Source: Vulcanimicrobiota bacterium (GTDB lineage Bacteria; Vulcanimicrobiota; Vulcanimicrobiia; Vulcanimicrobiales; Vulcanimicrobiaceae). From it: a DNA stretch of 64,000 nucleotides. The stretch spans positions 201 through 64,200 of the forward strand of contig JAFAXS010000133.1 in assembly GCA_019240755.1 (NCBI GenBank), read 5' to 3'. Position 1 is the stretch's first letter, and each line of letters starts with the position of its first letter. The position numbers and the translations under genes were made by a program. This document shows, in pieces, positions 54,688 through 64,000 of this stretch. Under the pieces are notes generated by a model. That model had not been told where the DNA came from, searched no databases, and saw only the letters and a program-made list of their open reading frames with translations.

Positions 54688-55722
54688 ATGGACGTCGCAC
54701 GCATCCGCTTAACGGAACTCTCCTCGTGCGCGGGGTGTGCGGCGAAGCTTGGCGCGGCGGAACTGCACGGCGTGATGCAACGCGTTTCACCCGCAACCAA
54801 CGATCGCGTGCTGGTCGGTTACGGCACGAACGACGACGCCGGCGTTTACTTGCTGGAGAACGGGACGGCGCTCGTGCAGACGGTCGATTTCTTCACGCCG
54901 ATTGTCGACGATCCGTACGACTTCGGCCGCATCGCGGCGACGAACGCGCTCTCCGACGTCTACGCGATGGGCGGACGTCCGCTCTCGGCGCTCAACATTG
55001 TCGCGTTCCCCGAAGATTTGGATCTCGCGATCCTCGCGCGCATCTTGGAAGGCGGCAATGCGGTGGCCCGCGCGGCAGGCGTCGCGGTCGTCGGCGGCCA
55101 CACCATCAAGGACACGGAGCCGAAGTACGGCATGGCGATAACCGGCGTCGTAGATCCCACGAAGATCGTGACGAACGCCGGAGCGCGCGTGGGCGACGTG
55201 TTGGTGCTGACGAAACCGCTGGGCACCGGCGTGCTCACGACGGCACGCAAGCGTGGCCTCATCGAGGATCGCGATCTCGACGAGGCAATCCGCTGGATGA
55301 CCACGCTCAACGATCGCGCCGCAACGGCGATGCTCGCTGCCGGTGCGCACGCCGCAACCGACATCACGGGCTTCGGCTTACTCGGTCATGCGATCAACAT
55401 GGCGCGCGCGTCGGGAGTTCTGCTTGTCTTCGATTCGAGTAAGGTGCCGTTTATGGAGGGCGTATTGGAGTTGATCGACCGCGGCGCCGTGCCGGGCGGA
55501 ACGCGCCACAACGCCGAGACACACGCGGCGTTTACCGATTTTGCATCGACCGTAGCCGAGGCCGTCCGTATCGGCCTCTCCGACGCTCAAACTTCGGGCG
55601 GCTTACTGGTCAGCGTCGCGCCGCAACGCGTCAATGAGTTGATACGCGATCTAGAAAGTAGCGGCGCTCTCGCAGCGGTCGTTGGCGACGTTCGCGAAGG
55701 CACCGGAATCGAGGTGCTTTAG
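54688..55722 (+). CDS. selD: Selenide, water dikinase (Cys-type)
   Basis: N-terminal ..LTELSSCAGCAAKLG.. (Cys/Lys motif). AIR-synthase-like body ..NDDAGVY.., ..VVGGHTI.. Confidence 0.9.
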   Translation: MDVARIRLTELSSCAGCAAKLGAAELHGVMQRVSPATNDRVLVGYGTNDDAGVYLLENGTALVQTVDFFTPIVDDPYDFGRIAATNALSDVYAMGGRPLSALNIVAFPEDLDLAILARILEGGNAVARAAGVAVVGGHTIKDTEPKYGMAITGVVDPTKIVTNAGARVGDVLVLTKPLGTGVLTTARKRGLIEDRDLDEAIRWMTTLNDRAATAMLAAGAHAATDITGFGLLGHAINMARASGVLLVFDSSKVPFMEGVLELIDRGAVPGGTRHNAETHAAFTDFASTVAEAVRIGLSDAQTSGGLLVSVAPQRVNELIRDLESSGALAAVVGDVREGTGIEVL

Positions 55723-55727
55723 GAGCC

Positions 55728-56669
55728 TTAGTAAACCGCGTTGGGCGTGTCCACAGCGCTTTCGGCAAAAAGAATTCCGTTTGCCGTGCCGAGCACCTTA
55801 ACGGTGGTTCCGCCGGGATAGTTCAGAATCGTTACCTCACCGGTCGAACGATCGCTTACAAATGCGAGGGTGTTTGTCTTGTTCAGCCTCACATCTCTGG
55901 CGAAGGCAAAGGATCCTATCGTCGACGTTACGGTGGTGTATGGAGGAGCGATGACGGCAACGTTGCTATTGCTCGCGACTAGAAGATTGCTGTTATTATC
56001 GAGCGCCAGTCCAGCGGCGGCGGGCAGCGATACTGGAAGAACAGATTCAGAGCAGGTTTGGAGTCCGCCGACATACTCCGCTAGTTGCGCGCCATTCCCC
56101 ACTGAAAATGAAATGAATACATCGCCATTCGAATCGACGGCAACGCCCGTAACAGGGTTCCCTACCGAACAGCTCGCCACGTCCACATCCTGGCCCTGAA
56201 AGAACTCATTTAACCGGCCGTTAGTATCGGCCTCGAAAACATTCCCATATGTGTCCACGGTGACGGCGAGCGGCTTGGTCATTCCGGCGCTATACGTGAA
56301 GATCGGACCGCCAGTGTTTCCAGGTGCATACTCCGTAACGTTGGCGCCGGCATAGTTCGCCACGTATAGGCGTGCCCTGTTGTCGAGAAAGACGTCGATC
56401 GGACCGGAGACGCCATTTTGAATCACGCCAACGTCCTGGTACGTCTTGTTGTGCAGCAGTTTTACCTCGCTGTAGGTGTAATCCCCGATATAGATCACTT
56501 GCGGGCGTTTCGCCGTCGTTGGCCGCAAAGATTGCAAGAGATCTGAACTGCGCAGCGTCGCCGCGCCGCGACTAGGCAGCATCGGACTTGCGATTTGAAC
56601 TGGGCTGCAACCTGGTACTAGTACCGCGATTGCCGCTGCAGCAGAAACAATGGACAGTCGATTGTGCAT
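55728..56669 (-). CDS. Lipoprotein with NHL/YVTN-like beta-propeller repeats, paralogue A
   Basis: Lipobox LVPGC. Repeated blades (..LYVANYAGANVTEY.., ..VAVDSNGDVFIS..). C-terminus ..AVDTPNAVY. Lower GC than the flanks. Confidence 0.75.
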   Translation of the reverse strand: MHNRLSIVSAAAAIAVLVPGCSPVQIASPMLPSRGAATLRSSDLLQSLRPTTAKRPQVIYIGDYTYSEVKLLHNKTYQDVGVIQNGVSGPIDVFLDNRARLYVANYAGANVTEYAPGNTGGPIFTYSAGMTKPLAVTVDTYGNVFEADTNGRLNEFFQGQDVDVASCSVGNPVTGVAVDSNGDVFISFSVGNGAQLAEYVGGLQTCSESVLPVSLPAAAGLALDNNSNLLVASNSNVAVIAPPYTTVTSTIGSFAFARDVRLNKTNTLAFVSDRSTGEVTILNYPGGTTVKVLGTANGILFAESAVDTPNAVY

Positions 56670-56713
56670 TATGCCTGCCTCGTCATGGAAAACTCCAAGC
56701 GAGAGTGCATCTC

Positions 56714-57634
56714 TTAGTAGACCGCGTTTGGTCCATCGACCGCCGCGATAGGCTGAACCAAACCGTTTCCGCCACCGAGCGTGGTTACGTTCGCGCCCGT
56801 CTGGTAGTTTACGACCTGGACCACTTCTCTGCTATCGTTGATGTCGGTCACGAACGCGTACTTGTTATCTCTGCTAATTGCGACGGTCCAGGGTGATACC
56901 CAACCTGAACCGATAGTTCGCGTCACGCTCGTGTAAGGAGGAGCGATTACGTCTACGGTACCGGGCCCGCAGACAACAAGATTTCCCGCTTTGTCTACCG
57001 CCATGCCGTACGCCTGGATACTCACCCCGAGTACCGTAGGGTTGCAGCCCCGCAAACCGCCAACGAACTCCAGAATTTGATCCGATCCCCCGACGCCAAC
57101 AAATACGTCATTATTGGAGTCCACGGCAATGCCGCTAGGGAACGGGGAAATGGAACAGGTGTATAAGACCTGATTGACACCTTGGTAATACTCGTTTATC
57201 GATGACTTATCGACTTCAAACACGTCGCCATGGTTGTCTACCGTCACCTCGAACGCTGAGCTCATGCCGGCATTGTACGTAAACGAGGGCGTGTTGGAGT
57301 TTGGAGGAAATTCGTCGATCCTACCGGCGGTGTTGGCAACGTAAACGTTTCCGCTGCGATCCAAGGCGACGCCAAAAGGCGTGCCGCCGTCCGATATCGA
57401 GCCGATTTCGGCGTAGCTCTTGTTCTTCAGTACGTCGACGAGCCCGGTCGCTTTATCGAGCACGTAGAGAGCCCGCGGCGCAGTGTAGGCCGCTGCGCGA
57501 AGTGCCAGCGATCGTTGTGCCGGAAGCACCGTAGCGGCGGGCATGGTGCTTGCTGAGTTTACTGGGCCGCTGCAACCCGAAAGCGCCATGCCAATCACAG
57601 CGGCAGTGTAAGAAAGAGATAGACGGCATCGCAT
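56714..57634 (-). CDS. Lipoprotein with NHL/YVTN-like beta-propeller repeats, paralogue B
   Basis: ATG 57634 behind AGGAGG. Lipobox ALSGC. Collinear with paralogue A (..VYVANTAGRIDEF.., ..IAVDSNNDVFVG..). C-terminus ..AVDGPNAVY. Confidence 0.75.
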   Translation of the reverse strand: MRCRLSLSYTAAVIGMALSGCSGPVNSASTMPAATVLPAQRSLALRAAAYTAPRALYVLDKATGLVDVLKNKSYAEIGSISDGGTPFGVALDRSGNVYVANTAGRIDEFPPNSNTPSFTYNAGMSSAFEVTVDNHGDVFEVDKSSINEYYQGVNQVLYTCSISPFPSGIAVDSNNDVFVGVGGSDQILEFVGGLRGCNPTVLGVSIQAYGMAVDKAGNLVVCGPGTVDVIAPPYTSVTRTIGSGWVSPWTVAISRDNKYAFVTDINDSREVVQVVNYQTGANVTTLGGGNGLVQPIAAVDGPNAVY

Positions 57635-57657
57635 ACGGCCTGCCTCCTTGTCAGGCC

Positions 57658-57686
57658 AGCCTAGCACCCGGCCTGTTCGCAGTCAA
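57658..57686 (-). promoter_or_regulatory. Sigma-70-type promoter for the propeller-lipoprotein genes
   Basis: Minus strand: TTGACT (57686-81), 17-nt spacer, TAGGCT (57663-58), then AGGAGG and ATG 57634. Confidence 0.5.
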
Positions 57687-57693
57687 GGGTCGT

Positions 57694-57712
57694 GCGGGCG
57701 CCGCGCGCCCGC
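57694..57712 (-). terminator. GC hairpin downstream of lon (no U-tract)
   Basis: GCGGGCG / CGCCCGC 7-bp stem with a 5-nt loop, about 30 nt after the lon stop. Confidence 0.3.
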
Positions 57713-57739
57713 GATGCTTACCGGTGGCAGTGTCTCCGG

Positions 57740-60214
57740 TTAGCGCTTAATTCGCGTCTTCCGATCGCGCACGCGTTTCAGGACGCCGTTGCGGCGCCGA
57801 GCGTTGCCGGAAGAAGGCCTGCGCAGCGGGACGACGTTGCTCACTTTCGCCTGGTCGCCCAGCGGCACCGGCGAGATAAGCCGCTTGCCCAGCGCATGAT
57901 AGAGCACTTCCGACAACTCGTCTACCGGCACGAACGTCATCGTGTCGCGCACTTCTTTGGGTATATCGTCGAGATCCATCTCGTTGCGGCGCGGCAGTAG
58001 GATCTTCAGAATTCCCGCGCGTTTTGCACCGAGCACTTTTTCCTTGACGCCGCCGACCGGCAGCACTTGCCCCGTCAGCGTAATCTCGCCCGTCATCGCC
58101 AGATTGGGATCGACCTTGATCCCGCTGAGCATCGACGCAATCGAAGTTGCCAACGCGATTCCGGCAGAGGGACCATCCTTCGGCGTCGCACCGGCCGGGA
58201 CGTGAATGTGGATATCGTGCTTGGCGAAGTAGTCTTCCGACAATCCGAGTTCTGCGGAACGCGAGCGCAAGAACGAGACCGCAGCCTGCGCGCTCTCCTT
58301 CATCACGTCGCCCAGTTGGCCGGTGAGCACGAGTTTGCCGGTTCCCGGCATCGCCTGCGTCTCGATGAAGAGAATGTCGCCGCCCACGGGCGTCCACGCC
58401 ATTCCCGTCGCGACGCCGACCGACGCGACGCGCTTTCGCACCTCGTTGAAGAATTTCGGCTTGGAAAGGTACTCGGCGAGATTCTCCGGCTTGATGCGCC
58501 CCTTGTACCGCGCATCCTCCGCGATCTTGCGCGCGACCTTTCGGAAGACGGTGCCGATTTCGCGCTCCAAATTGCGCACGCCCGCCTCGCGCGTGTAATC
58601 GTTGATGATGGCGCGAATCGCGGAATCGCTGATCTGGGCTTGCGTGTCGCGCAGCCCGTTCGCTGCCCGTTGCTTCTTCAGAAGATAGCGCTTGGCGATC
58701 TGCAGCTTTTCGAACTCGGTGTAGCCGGAGAGCGTGATGATCTCCATGCGATCGCGCAGCGGCGGCGAGATCGTATCGAGCGTGTTGGCGGTGCAGATAA
58801 AGAGCACCGCCGAAAGGTCGAACGGCAGATCGAGGTAGTGGTCGCGGAAGTTGTTGTTCTGCTCGGGATCGAGCACTTCGAGCAACGCCGACTGCGGATC
58901 GCCGCGGAAATCGGCCCCGACCTTGTCGATCTCGTCGATCATCATAACTGGATTGCGCGTGCCGGCGTCCCGGACCGCGCGGACGATCGTGCCCGGCATG
59001 GCGCCGATGTACGTCCGCCGATGGCCGCGGATTTCGGCCTCGTCGCGAACGCCGCCGACCGATAGCCGCACGAACTTACGCCCCATAGCGCGTGCGATCG
59101 ATTGTCCGAGCGAGGTCTTCCCGACGCCCGGCGGCCCGACGAAGCATAAAATCGGACCGCTCAGCTTCTTCTTGAGCTTTCCGACCGCCAAGTACTCGAT
59201 GATTCGATCCTTGATCTTGTCCAGATCGTAGTGGTCTTCGTCCAGAATCTTTCGCGCCTGCGCGATGTCGATGTGATCGGTCGTCTCCGTCTTCCACGGC
59301 AACGTCACGAGCCAATCGAGATAGGTTCGGATTACGCTGTATTCGGGGCTCGCCTGCGGAACGCGGGATAGTCGCTCCAGCTCGCGATCCGCGGCTTTCT
59401 TGACGTCCGGCGGCATCGAGGCCTCGTCGATCTTCGAGCGCAGCTCGTTGGCCTCGGCCTGCTGCGGATCGGCCTCGCCGAGCTCTTCTTGAATCGCGCG
59501 CAGTTGCTGGCGCAGATAGAACTCGCGCTGGTTCTTCTCCATCTCGCGTTGGATGTCGCTTTGAATCTTGTGACCCAGCTCGACCACTTCCAGCTCTTTG
59601 GTGAGCAGCAGCGTGAGCTTGCGCATGCGCTTGGCGGTGTCGCGCTCCTCCAGTAGAGCCTGGCGATCCGCCGTTTCCAACCGCATGGTAGACGCCACGA
59701 AGTACGTGAGCACCGCCGGATCGGTGATGTTGGCGACCTCCATCTCCATCTCGCGCGGCGCTTGGGGAAGATACGACAGCAACTTTTGGAAGAGCCCGGC
59801 GAGGTTGCGTTGCATCGCCACGAGCTCCTCGTTTTCGACCGTCGTATCGGGCAGCTCGGTAAACGTTGCCGTCATGTACGGCGACAACTGCGTGAATTCA
59901 TCAATCCGGAAGACCTGTTGGCCGGCGATGATGCAGCGCAGCGTTCCGTCCGGTACCTTGAGCATCTTCTGAATCACGCCGATCGTGCCGATGCGGTGCA
60001 GATCGTCCGGCCCGGGATCTTCCACCTCACGATCGCGCAACACCGTCAAGCCGATGGGCTTGCCTTCGCGCAGCGCTTCCTCTACGAGAGCAATGCCCGG
60101 CTTCTTCACGACCGCGAGCGGAATCACGGTGTGTGGAAAGAGCACGGCCTCTTGCATCGGCAGGATGCCGATGGTAGTGGGTTGGGCGTCAGGCGTATTT
60201 GTTTCTTGCGGCAT
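57740..60214 (-). CDS. lon: ATP-dependent Lon protease
   Basis: Walker [10 protein letters not shown]. Proteolytic-site context ..[10 protein letters not shown].. 824 aa. Confidence 0.95.
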   Translation of the reverse strand: MPQETNTPDAQPTTIGILPMQEAVLFPHTVIPLAVVKKPGIALVEEALREGKPIGLTVLRDREVEDPGPDDLHRIGTIGVIQKMLKVPDGTLRCIIAGQQVFRIDEFTQLSPYMTATFTELPDTTVENEELVAMQRNLAGLFQKLLSYLPQAPREMEMEVANITDPAVLTYFVASTMRLETADRQALLEERDTAKRMRKLTLLLTKELEVVELGHKIQSDIQREMEKNQREFYLRQQLRAIQEELGEADPQQAEANELRSKIDEASMPPDVKKAADRELERLSRVPQASPEYSVIRTYLDWLVTLPWKTETTDHIDIAQARKILDEDHYDLDKIKDRIIEYLAVGKLKKKLSGPILCFVGPPGVGKTSLGQSIARAMGRKFVRLSVGGVRDEAEIRGHRRTYIGAMPGTIVRAVRDAGTRNPVMMIDEIDKVGADFRGDPQSALLEVLDPEQNNNFRDHYLDLPFDLSAVLFICTANTLDTISPPLRDRMEIITLSGYTEFEKLQIAKRYLLKKQRAANGLRDTQAQISDSAIRAIINDYTREAGVRNLEREIGTVFRKVARKIAEDARYKGRIKPENLAEYLSKPKFFNEVRKRVASVGVATGMAWTPVGGDILFIETQAMPGTGKLVLTGQLGDVMKESAQAAVSFLRSRSAELGLSEDYFAKHDIHIHVPAGATPKDGPSAGIALATSIASMLSGIKVDPNLAMTGEITLTGQVLPVGGVKEKVLGAKRAGILKILLPRRNEMDLDDIPKEVRDTMTFVPVDELSEVLYHALGKRLISPVPLGDQAKVSNVVPLRRPSSGNARRRNGVLKRVRDRKTRIKR

Positions 60215-60219
60215 AGTCC

Positions 60220-60609
60220 TTACGAATGCGTTCTGGTGATGACGAGATGGAGCTCACTCTTTTGGGTCGTCAGATAGGCGCCCGGCTCGATCGGCGCGAC
60301 GATCGTGAGCAGACCCTCTTCATAGGTCGCCGAAACCTCGTTACAGTTAATGGAGACCGGCAACCGGATGCGCTTTACGAAATCGCCGTACGCGATCTCC
60401 TTCTGCAGAAAGGAGCCCTGCCGAATTTGCCGTGGCTTTCGCCGGCGTCCGGCGATGACCAGCGACCGTCCGTCAAAACCGAACTGCAGGGACTCGGCTT
60501 CGGCGCCGGCCACTTCGATAACGACCCTGATTGCCTGCTGCTCTTCGTCCACGAGCACGTCGGCGTTGGGAGCAAAGGCGGCGAGGCGAGTCCGTGCAAC
60601 GAACTCCAT
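60220..60609 (-). CDS. Hsp20/alpha-crystallin-family small heat-shock protein
   Basis: Start trimmed to ATG 60609. ..[19 protein letters not shown].. and ..[25 protein letters not shown].. fit the ACD beta-sandwich. Lies 5 nt upstream of lon. Confidence 0.75.
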   Translation of the reverse strand: MEFVARTRLAAFAPNADVLVDEEQQAIRVVIEVAGAEAESLQFGFDGRSLVIAGRRRKPRQIRQGSFLQKEIAYGDFVKRIRLPVSINCNEVSATYEEGLLTIVAPIEPGAYLTTQKSELHLVITRTHS

Positions 60610-60658
60610 CGGCTCTCTTAACCCTCTGGCTGAGCCGCCGGATGCGCGAGTCGCTTGG

Positions 60659-61174
60659 TCAGAGCATTGGATCCGGCAATGCGCGACCGGGCGGCCACGC
60701 AACGCACGGCTGCAGCCGGAAACGAAGCGCCTCCATCGCGCCCGGCGCGATTCTCACTTGGAAGAAGCGCGGATATCGGGTGGGTACGCCATAACGGCTC
60801 TCGGGGGGAAACTCGCTGACGTTTTCATTGGGCATGTGCGTCGAAGCGAGAATTTGATTGACGGCGCCGGCGCTCGCGGGCGAGATGTACTGCAGGCTGC
60901 GCTGACCGAGCCAGGTCGAGCCGTCGGCCGTCGTGTAGAGGAAGCCGATGACTTGATTCGGCATCATCGTCGCCGTGGAAACGACTTCGTCGATCCGCAC
61001 GATTTGCGACGATCGGGCGGCGGGGGACTGGAGCACCTTCGGCACCGCCCGCAGCGAATCGAGACACGCGCCGTTCTCTAACGGCACCGGAGGCATCGGC
61101 GGCGGCGCTTCCGGAGGAGCTTGCGCTACGACGGACTGCAGCGCGCCCAGCAAGAACCCAGCAATCAACAACAT
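60659..61174 (-). CDS. Secreted hypothetical protein
   Basis: Signal peptide MLLIAGFLLGALQSVVAQA followed by a Pro-rich linker. No family recognised. Confidence 0.5.
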   Translation of the reverse strand: MLLIAGFLLGALQSVVAQAPPEAPPPMPPVPLENGACLDSLRAVPKVLQSPAARSSQIVRIDEVVSTATMMPNQVIGFLYTTADGSTWLGQRSLQYISPASAGAVNQILASTHMPNENVSEFPPESRYGVPTRYPRFFQVRIAPGAMEALRFRLQPCVAWPPGRALPDPML

Positions 61175-61212
61175 GCCGCATCTGTTCGCGCACGATACCG
61201 GCGCATCATTCG

Positions 61213-61235
61213 CCCTTCGACAAGCTCAGGGCAGG
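61213..61235. repeat. Third copy of the 23-nt motif seen at 29708-29753
   Basis: CCCTTCGACAAGCTCAGGGCAGG is the reverse complement of CCTGCCCTGAGCTTGTCGAAGGG, matching the 29708 unit at 21 of 23 positions. It ends 12 nt before the permease ATG. Confidence 0.75.
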
Positions 61236-61246
61236 CTAAGCTGCGG

Positions 61247-62626
61247 ATGACGCACCGCATTACGCAAGCGCGGCTTCTTCGGCGTCTCGGCGTGCGGGAT
61301 GCCGCCCTGATCGTGATGGGCGGCATCGTCGGGTCGGGCATCTTCATGAACCCGTCGGTCGTTGCGCGGTTCGTTCACAGCGGATCGTTGGTGATGCTCG
61401 TGTGGGCCATCGGCGGTTTGGTCGTGCTCCTGGGCGGTGGAGTTTTCGCCGAGCTCGCCGCGCGACGGCCGCACGACGGTGGAGTCTACGCCTACATCAA
61501 GGAGGCCTTCCACCCATCGTTGGCCTTCATGTACGGCTGGACGTTGTTGCTCGTCTCACAGAGCGGCGGCGCGGCGGCGGCGGCGGTCACGTTCGCAAAG
61601 TACTTTGCGCCCCTTACCGGGTTGCAGGTCAAGAGCATGTTCGTCGCCGCGCCCGTCATCATTTTGTTTACCGCGATCAACGCGCTGGGCGTTCGGACGG
61701 GGGCGACGACCCAGAACCTCTTCATGATCCTCAAAATTCTCGCGATCGGCGGGTTCATCGCCGTTGGCCTGATTGCTCCGCACGCCACGCCGGCCGCGGC
61801 TCCGCCCAACGTATTGGCCGGCGGCGCATTTGCCGCTATCGGCCTGGCCATGGTTCCCGTCCTGTTCGCTTACAGCGGCTGGCAGACGTCGAGCTTTATG
61901 ACGGCGGAGTTGAAAGAACCGCAGGTGACGCTGCCGCGAGGCATGATCGCCGGCGTCGTCGCGGTCGTCGTCCTGTACCTAGCCGTCAACGCCGTCTGCC
62001 TGCGCGCGCTCGGGGTCGATGCGCTCGCCGCGACGAGCACGCCGGCCTCGGCGATCGCGCGGCTCGCGTTCGGGCCCGTCGGACTGCAGATAATGGCAGC
62101 GGTGATCGCACTCTCGACCTTGGGTTTTTTGAGCAATCAAATACTGACGTCGCCGCGCGTCTATTTTCAGATGGCCGCAGACGGCACGTTCTTCAAGCAG
62201 CTGGCATGGGTAAACCCGAAGACGCACGCGCCGGTGATCGCAATCGTCGTGCAAGGCCTGATCGCGCTCCTGATCTCGTTCCTGCCGTACGAGCGGATTT
62301 TGAACTATGTGACGTGCATCGACTATATTTTCTTCGGATTGGCCGCAATCGCGCTGATCGTCTTTCGCAATCGCGACGCTCGCGACCCGGCCGCTCCTCG
62401 GCCGACCATCCGAATGCCGGGGCATCCCGTGACCACATTACTCTTCCTCGTTGTGGCGTGGGGCGTCGTCGGCGACGTCATGATCACGACGCCGGAAACG
62501 ATGTTCGGCCTCGTCATCCTTATTTCGGGACTGCCGGTGTACTGGATGTTTACGCGAGGGCGTCGGCAATCGCCGGCAGCGCTCGTGCCGCAGGCATCCG
62601 TAGAACGCAGCGAGCTGCGCCGCTGA
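61247..62626 (+). CDS. APC-superfamily amino-acid permease
   Basis: ..ALIVMGGIVGSGIFMNPS.. with about 12 TM helices. Start trimmed to ATG 61247. Confidence 0.85.
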   Translation: MTHRITQARLLRRLGVRDAALIVMGGIVGSGIFMNPSVVARFVHSGSLVMLVWAIGGLVVLLGGGVFAELAARRPHDGGVYAYIKEAFHPSLAFMYGWTLLLVSQSGGAAAAAVTFAKYFAPLTGLQVKSMFVAAPVIILFTAINALGVRTGATTQNLFMILKILAIGGFIAVGLIAPHATPAAAPPNVLAGGAFAAIGLAMVPVLFAYSGWQTSSFMTAELKEPQVTLPRGMIAGVVAVVVLYLAVNAVCLRALGVDALAATSTPASAIARLAFGPVGLQIMAAVIALSTLGFLSNQILTSPRVYFQMAADGTFFKQLAWVNPKTHAPVIAIVVQGLIALLISFLPYERILNYVTCIDYIFFGLAAIALIVFRNRDARDPAAPRPTIRMPGHPVTTLLFLVVAWGVVGDVMITTPETMFGLVILISGLPVYWMFTRGRRQSPAALVPQASVERSELRR

Positions 62627-63266
62627 TCGTGGTCGCTTCCGGATTGATCTCCGCCAGGAAGGCGTTTTTGTTGTAGCCGGTTGCGAGGGCCGCCGCGGGA
62701 TAAACCACCGCGCTCGTTCCGACGACGAGGATGACGTCGGCGCGCCGCGCGGCGGCCTCGGCGGTGCGCCACGCGTGGATCGGAAGCGATTCACCGAACC
62801 AGACGACGTTGGGGCGAAAGCGCCCTCCGCACTCGTGCTCGATTTCGCCCAGCGGCAATCCCCGCTCGGCCAACGAGCGGCGCGCATCGCAGCGCGTGCA
62901 GCGCGCCCCGCGCAGATCTCCGTGCAGCTCGACGACGTTGCGCGAACCCGCGCGCAGGTGCAGCGAATCGACGTTTTGGGTCGCGAGGGTGAAGTCGGGC
63001 AGTGCCTGCTCGAGCCGCGCCAACGCGTGATGGCCCGCGTTGGGTTGCGCGCGCCGATGCGCGGCCAATCGTTCGTTGTACCAGGTCCACACTAACTGCG
63101 GATTGGCAGCGAAGCCTTCGGCTGACGCGAGCTCCTCGACGCGGCGCTCGCGCCAAAGGCCGCCAACGCCGCGAAACGTCGGCAATCCGCTTTCCGCGGA
63201 CATACCGGAGCCGCTCAACACGAGGACCGACGCTGCGCCGCGCAGCGCATCGATCAGCGCCTCCAC
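62550..63266 (-). CDS. cobB: NAD-dependent protein deacylase (Sir2 family)
   Basis: ..VLSGSGMSAESGLPTFRG.., Zn ribbon CTRC..ECGG, ..VVGTSAVVYPAA.. GTG 63266 lies 2 nt after the upstream stop. Confidence 0.85.
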   Translation of the reverse strand: MEALIDALRGAASVLVLSGSGMSAESGLPTFRGVGGLWRERRVEELASAEGFAANPQLVWTWYNERLAAHRRAQPNAGHHALARLEQALPDFTLATQNVDSLHLRAGSRNVVELHGDLRGARCTRCDARRSLAERGLPLGEIEHECGGRFRPNVVWFGESLPIHAWRTAEAAARRADVILVVGTSAVVYPAAALATGYNKNAFLAEINPEATTISGAARCVLRMPAARALPAIADALA

Positions 63267-63267
63267 G

Positions 63268-63999
63268 TCACGGCGTGACGGAGATCCGGTGGTGCAGCTT
63301 GCCGAACGGCACGTAGTGGCGCGCCGGGATTTGGGCGCGGGCCGCATGGCGTAATCCCGCAGCGGCGGCGACGAGCATGCACGCCCCAAGCGCGATCGAG
63401 GCCCAAAACGAGGCGTGTAATCCGGCGTCCAGCGCGGCGACTGGATCTGCTCCCGCGCGCAGCGCGGCAGCGGACCGCATCTCCGCGACGGCGGCCCCGA
63501 TCGCAACGCCGAAGCCGATTCCGAGTTGCAGCGCGAAACTCAGCGCCGCCGAAGCGCTGCCCTCATCGGCGTCCTCAACGTGCGCCAGCCCGGCAATCAT
63601 GCCGCCCTGATAGGCAAGCATGCCGCCAAAGCCTCCGATACACGTCGCCGGCAGGACGATCGCCCAGAAGGGAGATCCGGGCTTGATAAAGAGCAGGATC
63701 GCCTCGCCCGCAATCATCACGGCGCCCGTCGCGATGCACATGCTTCGCACGCCGATCGCACGCGCAATCGGCATCGTCAAGGGCGCCGCGACGAACGATA
63801 TAATCAACGACGACGGTAAAAACGCTAAGCCGGCCGCGAGAGGCGAGTATCCCGCGACGCGCTGAACGTACACCGATGCAAAGACCATAATGCCGGCGTA
63901 CGACATGGGTTGCAGCATCACGACCCACGCCCCCGACAGCAGATCGGGGTAGCTGAAGAGCGGGCGCGGCAAGATCGGCTCGGCGGCGCGACGCTCCAC
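63268..63999 (-). CDS. MFS transporter, C-terminal half (gene continues beyond the window)
   Basis: Successive hydrophobic helices typical of 14-TM drug:H+ antiporter-type MFS proteins. The ORF is open at the window edge. Confidence 0.75.
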   Translation of the reverse strand: MERRAAEPILPRPLFSYPDLLSGAWVVMLQPMSYAGIMVFASVYVQRVAGYSPLAAGLAFLPSSLIISFVAAPLTMPIARAIGVRSMCIATGAVMIAGEAILLFIKPGSPFWAIVLPATCIGGFGGMLAYQGGMIAGLAHVEDADEGSASAALSFALQLGIGFGVAIGAAVAEMRSAAALRAGADPVAALDAGLHASFWASIALGACMLVAAAAGLRHAARAQIPARHYVPFGKLHHRISVTP

Positions 64000-64000
64000 G

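Overview
This window is a high-GC bacterial chromosome segment, roughly two-thirds G+C by eye (not computed), densely packed with core housekeeping genes. I found no rRNA, CRISPR array, transposase, integrase or phage gene.

Main gene blocks:
- eno-ndk, then birA, an archaemetzincin-like peptidase, acpS and nnr.
- A long minus-strand DNA-repair string: uvrB, a spacer, a DUF4239-like gene, a HAD gene, uvrA, ligA.
- prs-ctc(L25)-pth, the Bacillus-like gene order.
- A vapBC-type toxin-antitoxin pair.
- meaB, split methylmalonyl-CoA mutase, gltX, glmU.
- A tricorn-like protease coupled to a DUF2723 membrane protein.
- aceA-aceB (glyoxylate shunt).
- A LytS/LytTR two-component pair translationally coupled to a GT-C (family 39-like) glycosyltransferase, with a second paralogue nearby.
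- rocD, infC-rpmI-rplT, pheST, cvpA, selD, hsp20-lon, an APC permease, cobB and a partial MFS gene.
- Two tRNAs, Glu-UUC and a CAU-anticodon tRNA, bracket a small lower-GC accessory islet.

The ORF track takes the longest ORF and accepts GTG/TTG starts. Many starts were therefore trimmed by hand, and most long antisense ORFs are high-GC artefacts.

Most interesting non-annotated signals:
1. A roughly 280-nt non-coding element between uvrB and the DUF4239-like gene. Almost every base sits in nested long helices, including two 20-bp helices. It is a candidate novel structured RNA, or less likely a solo MITE.
2. A 23-nt motif present as a tandem pair at the 5' end of the MCM large-subunit gene and again, in the same orientation, just upstream of the permease gene.
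3. pth has its catalytic N-terminus upstream of any canonical start codon and lies in frame with the L25 stop codon.
4. The HK-RR-glycosyltransferase operon, and a glycine-rich ALK-GRD-like lipoprotein.

I could not identify a multi-gene system that is clearly new. The structured element is my best candidate.
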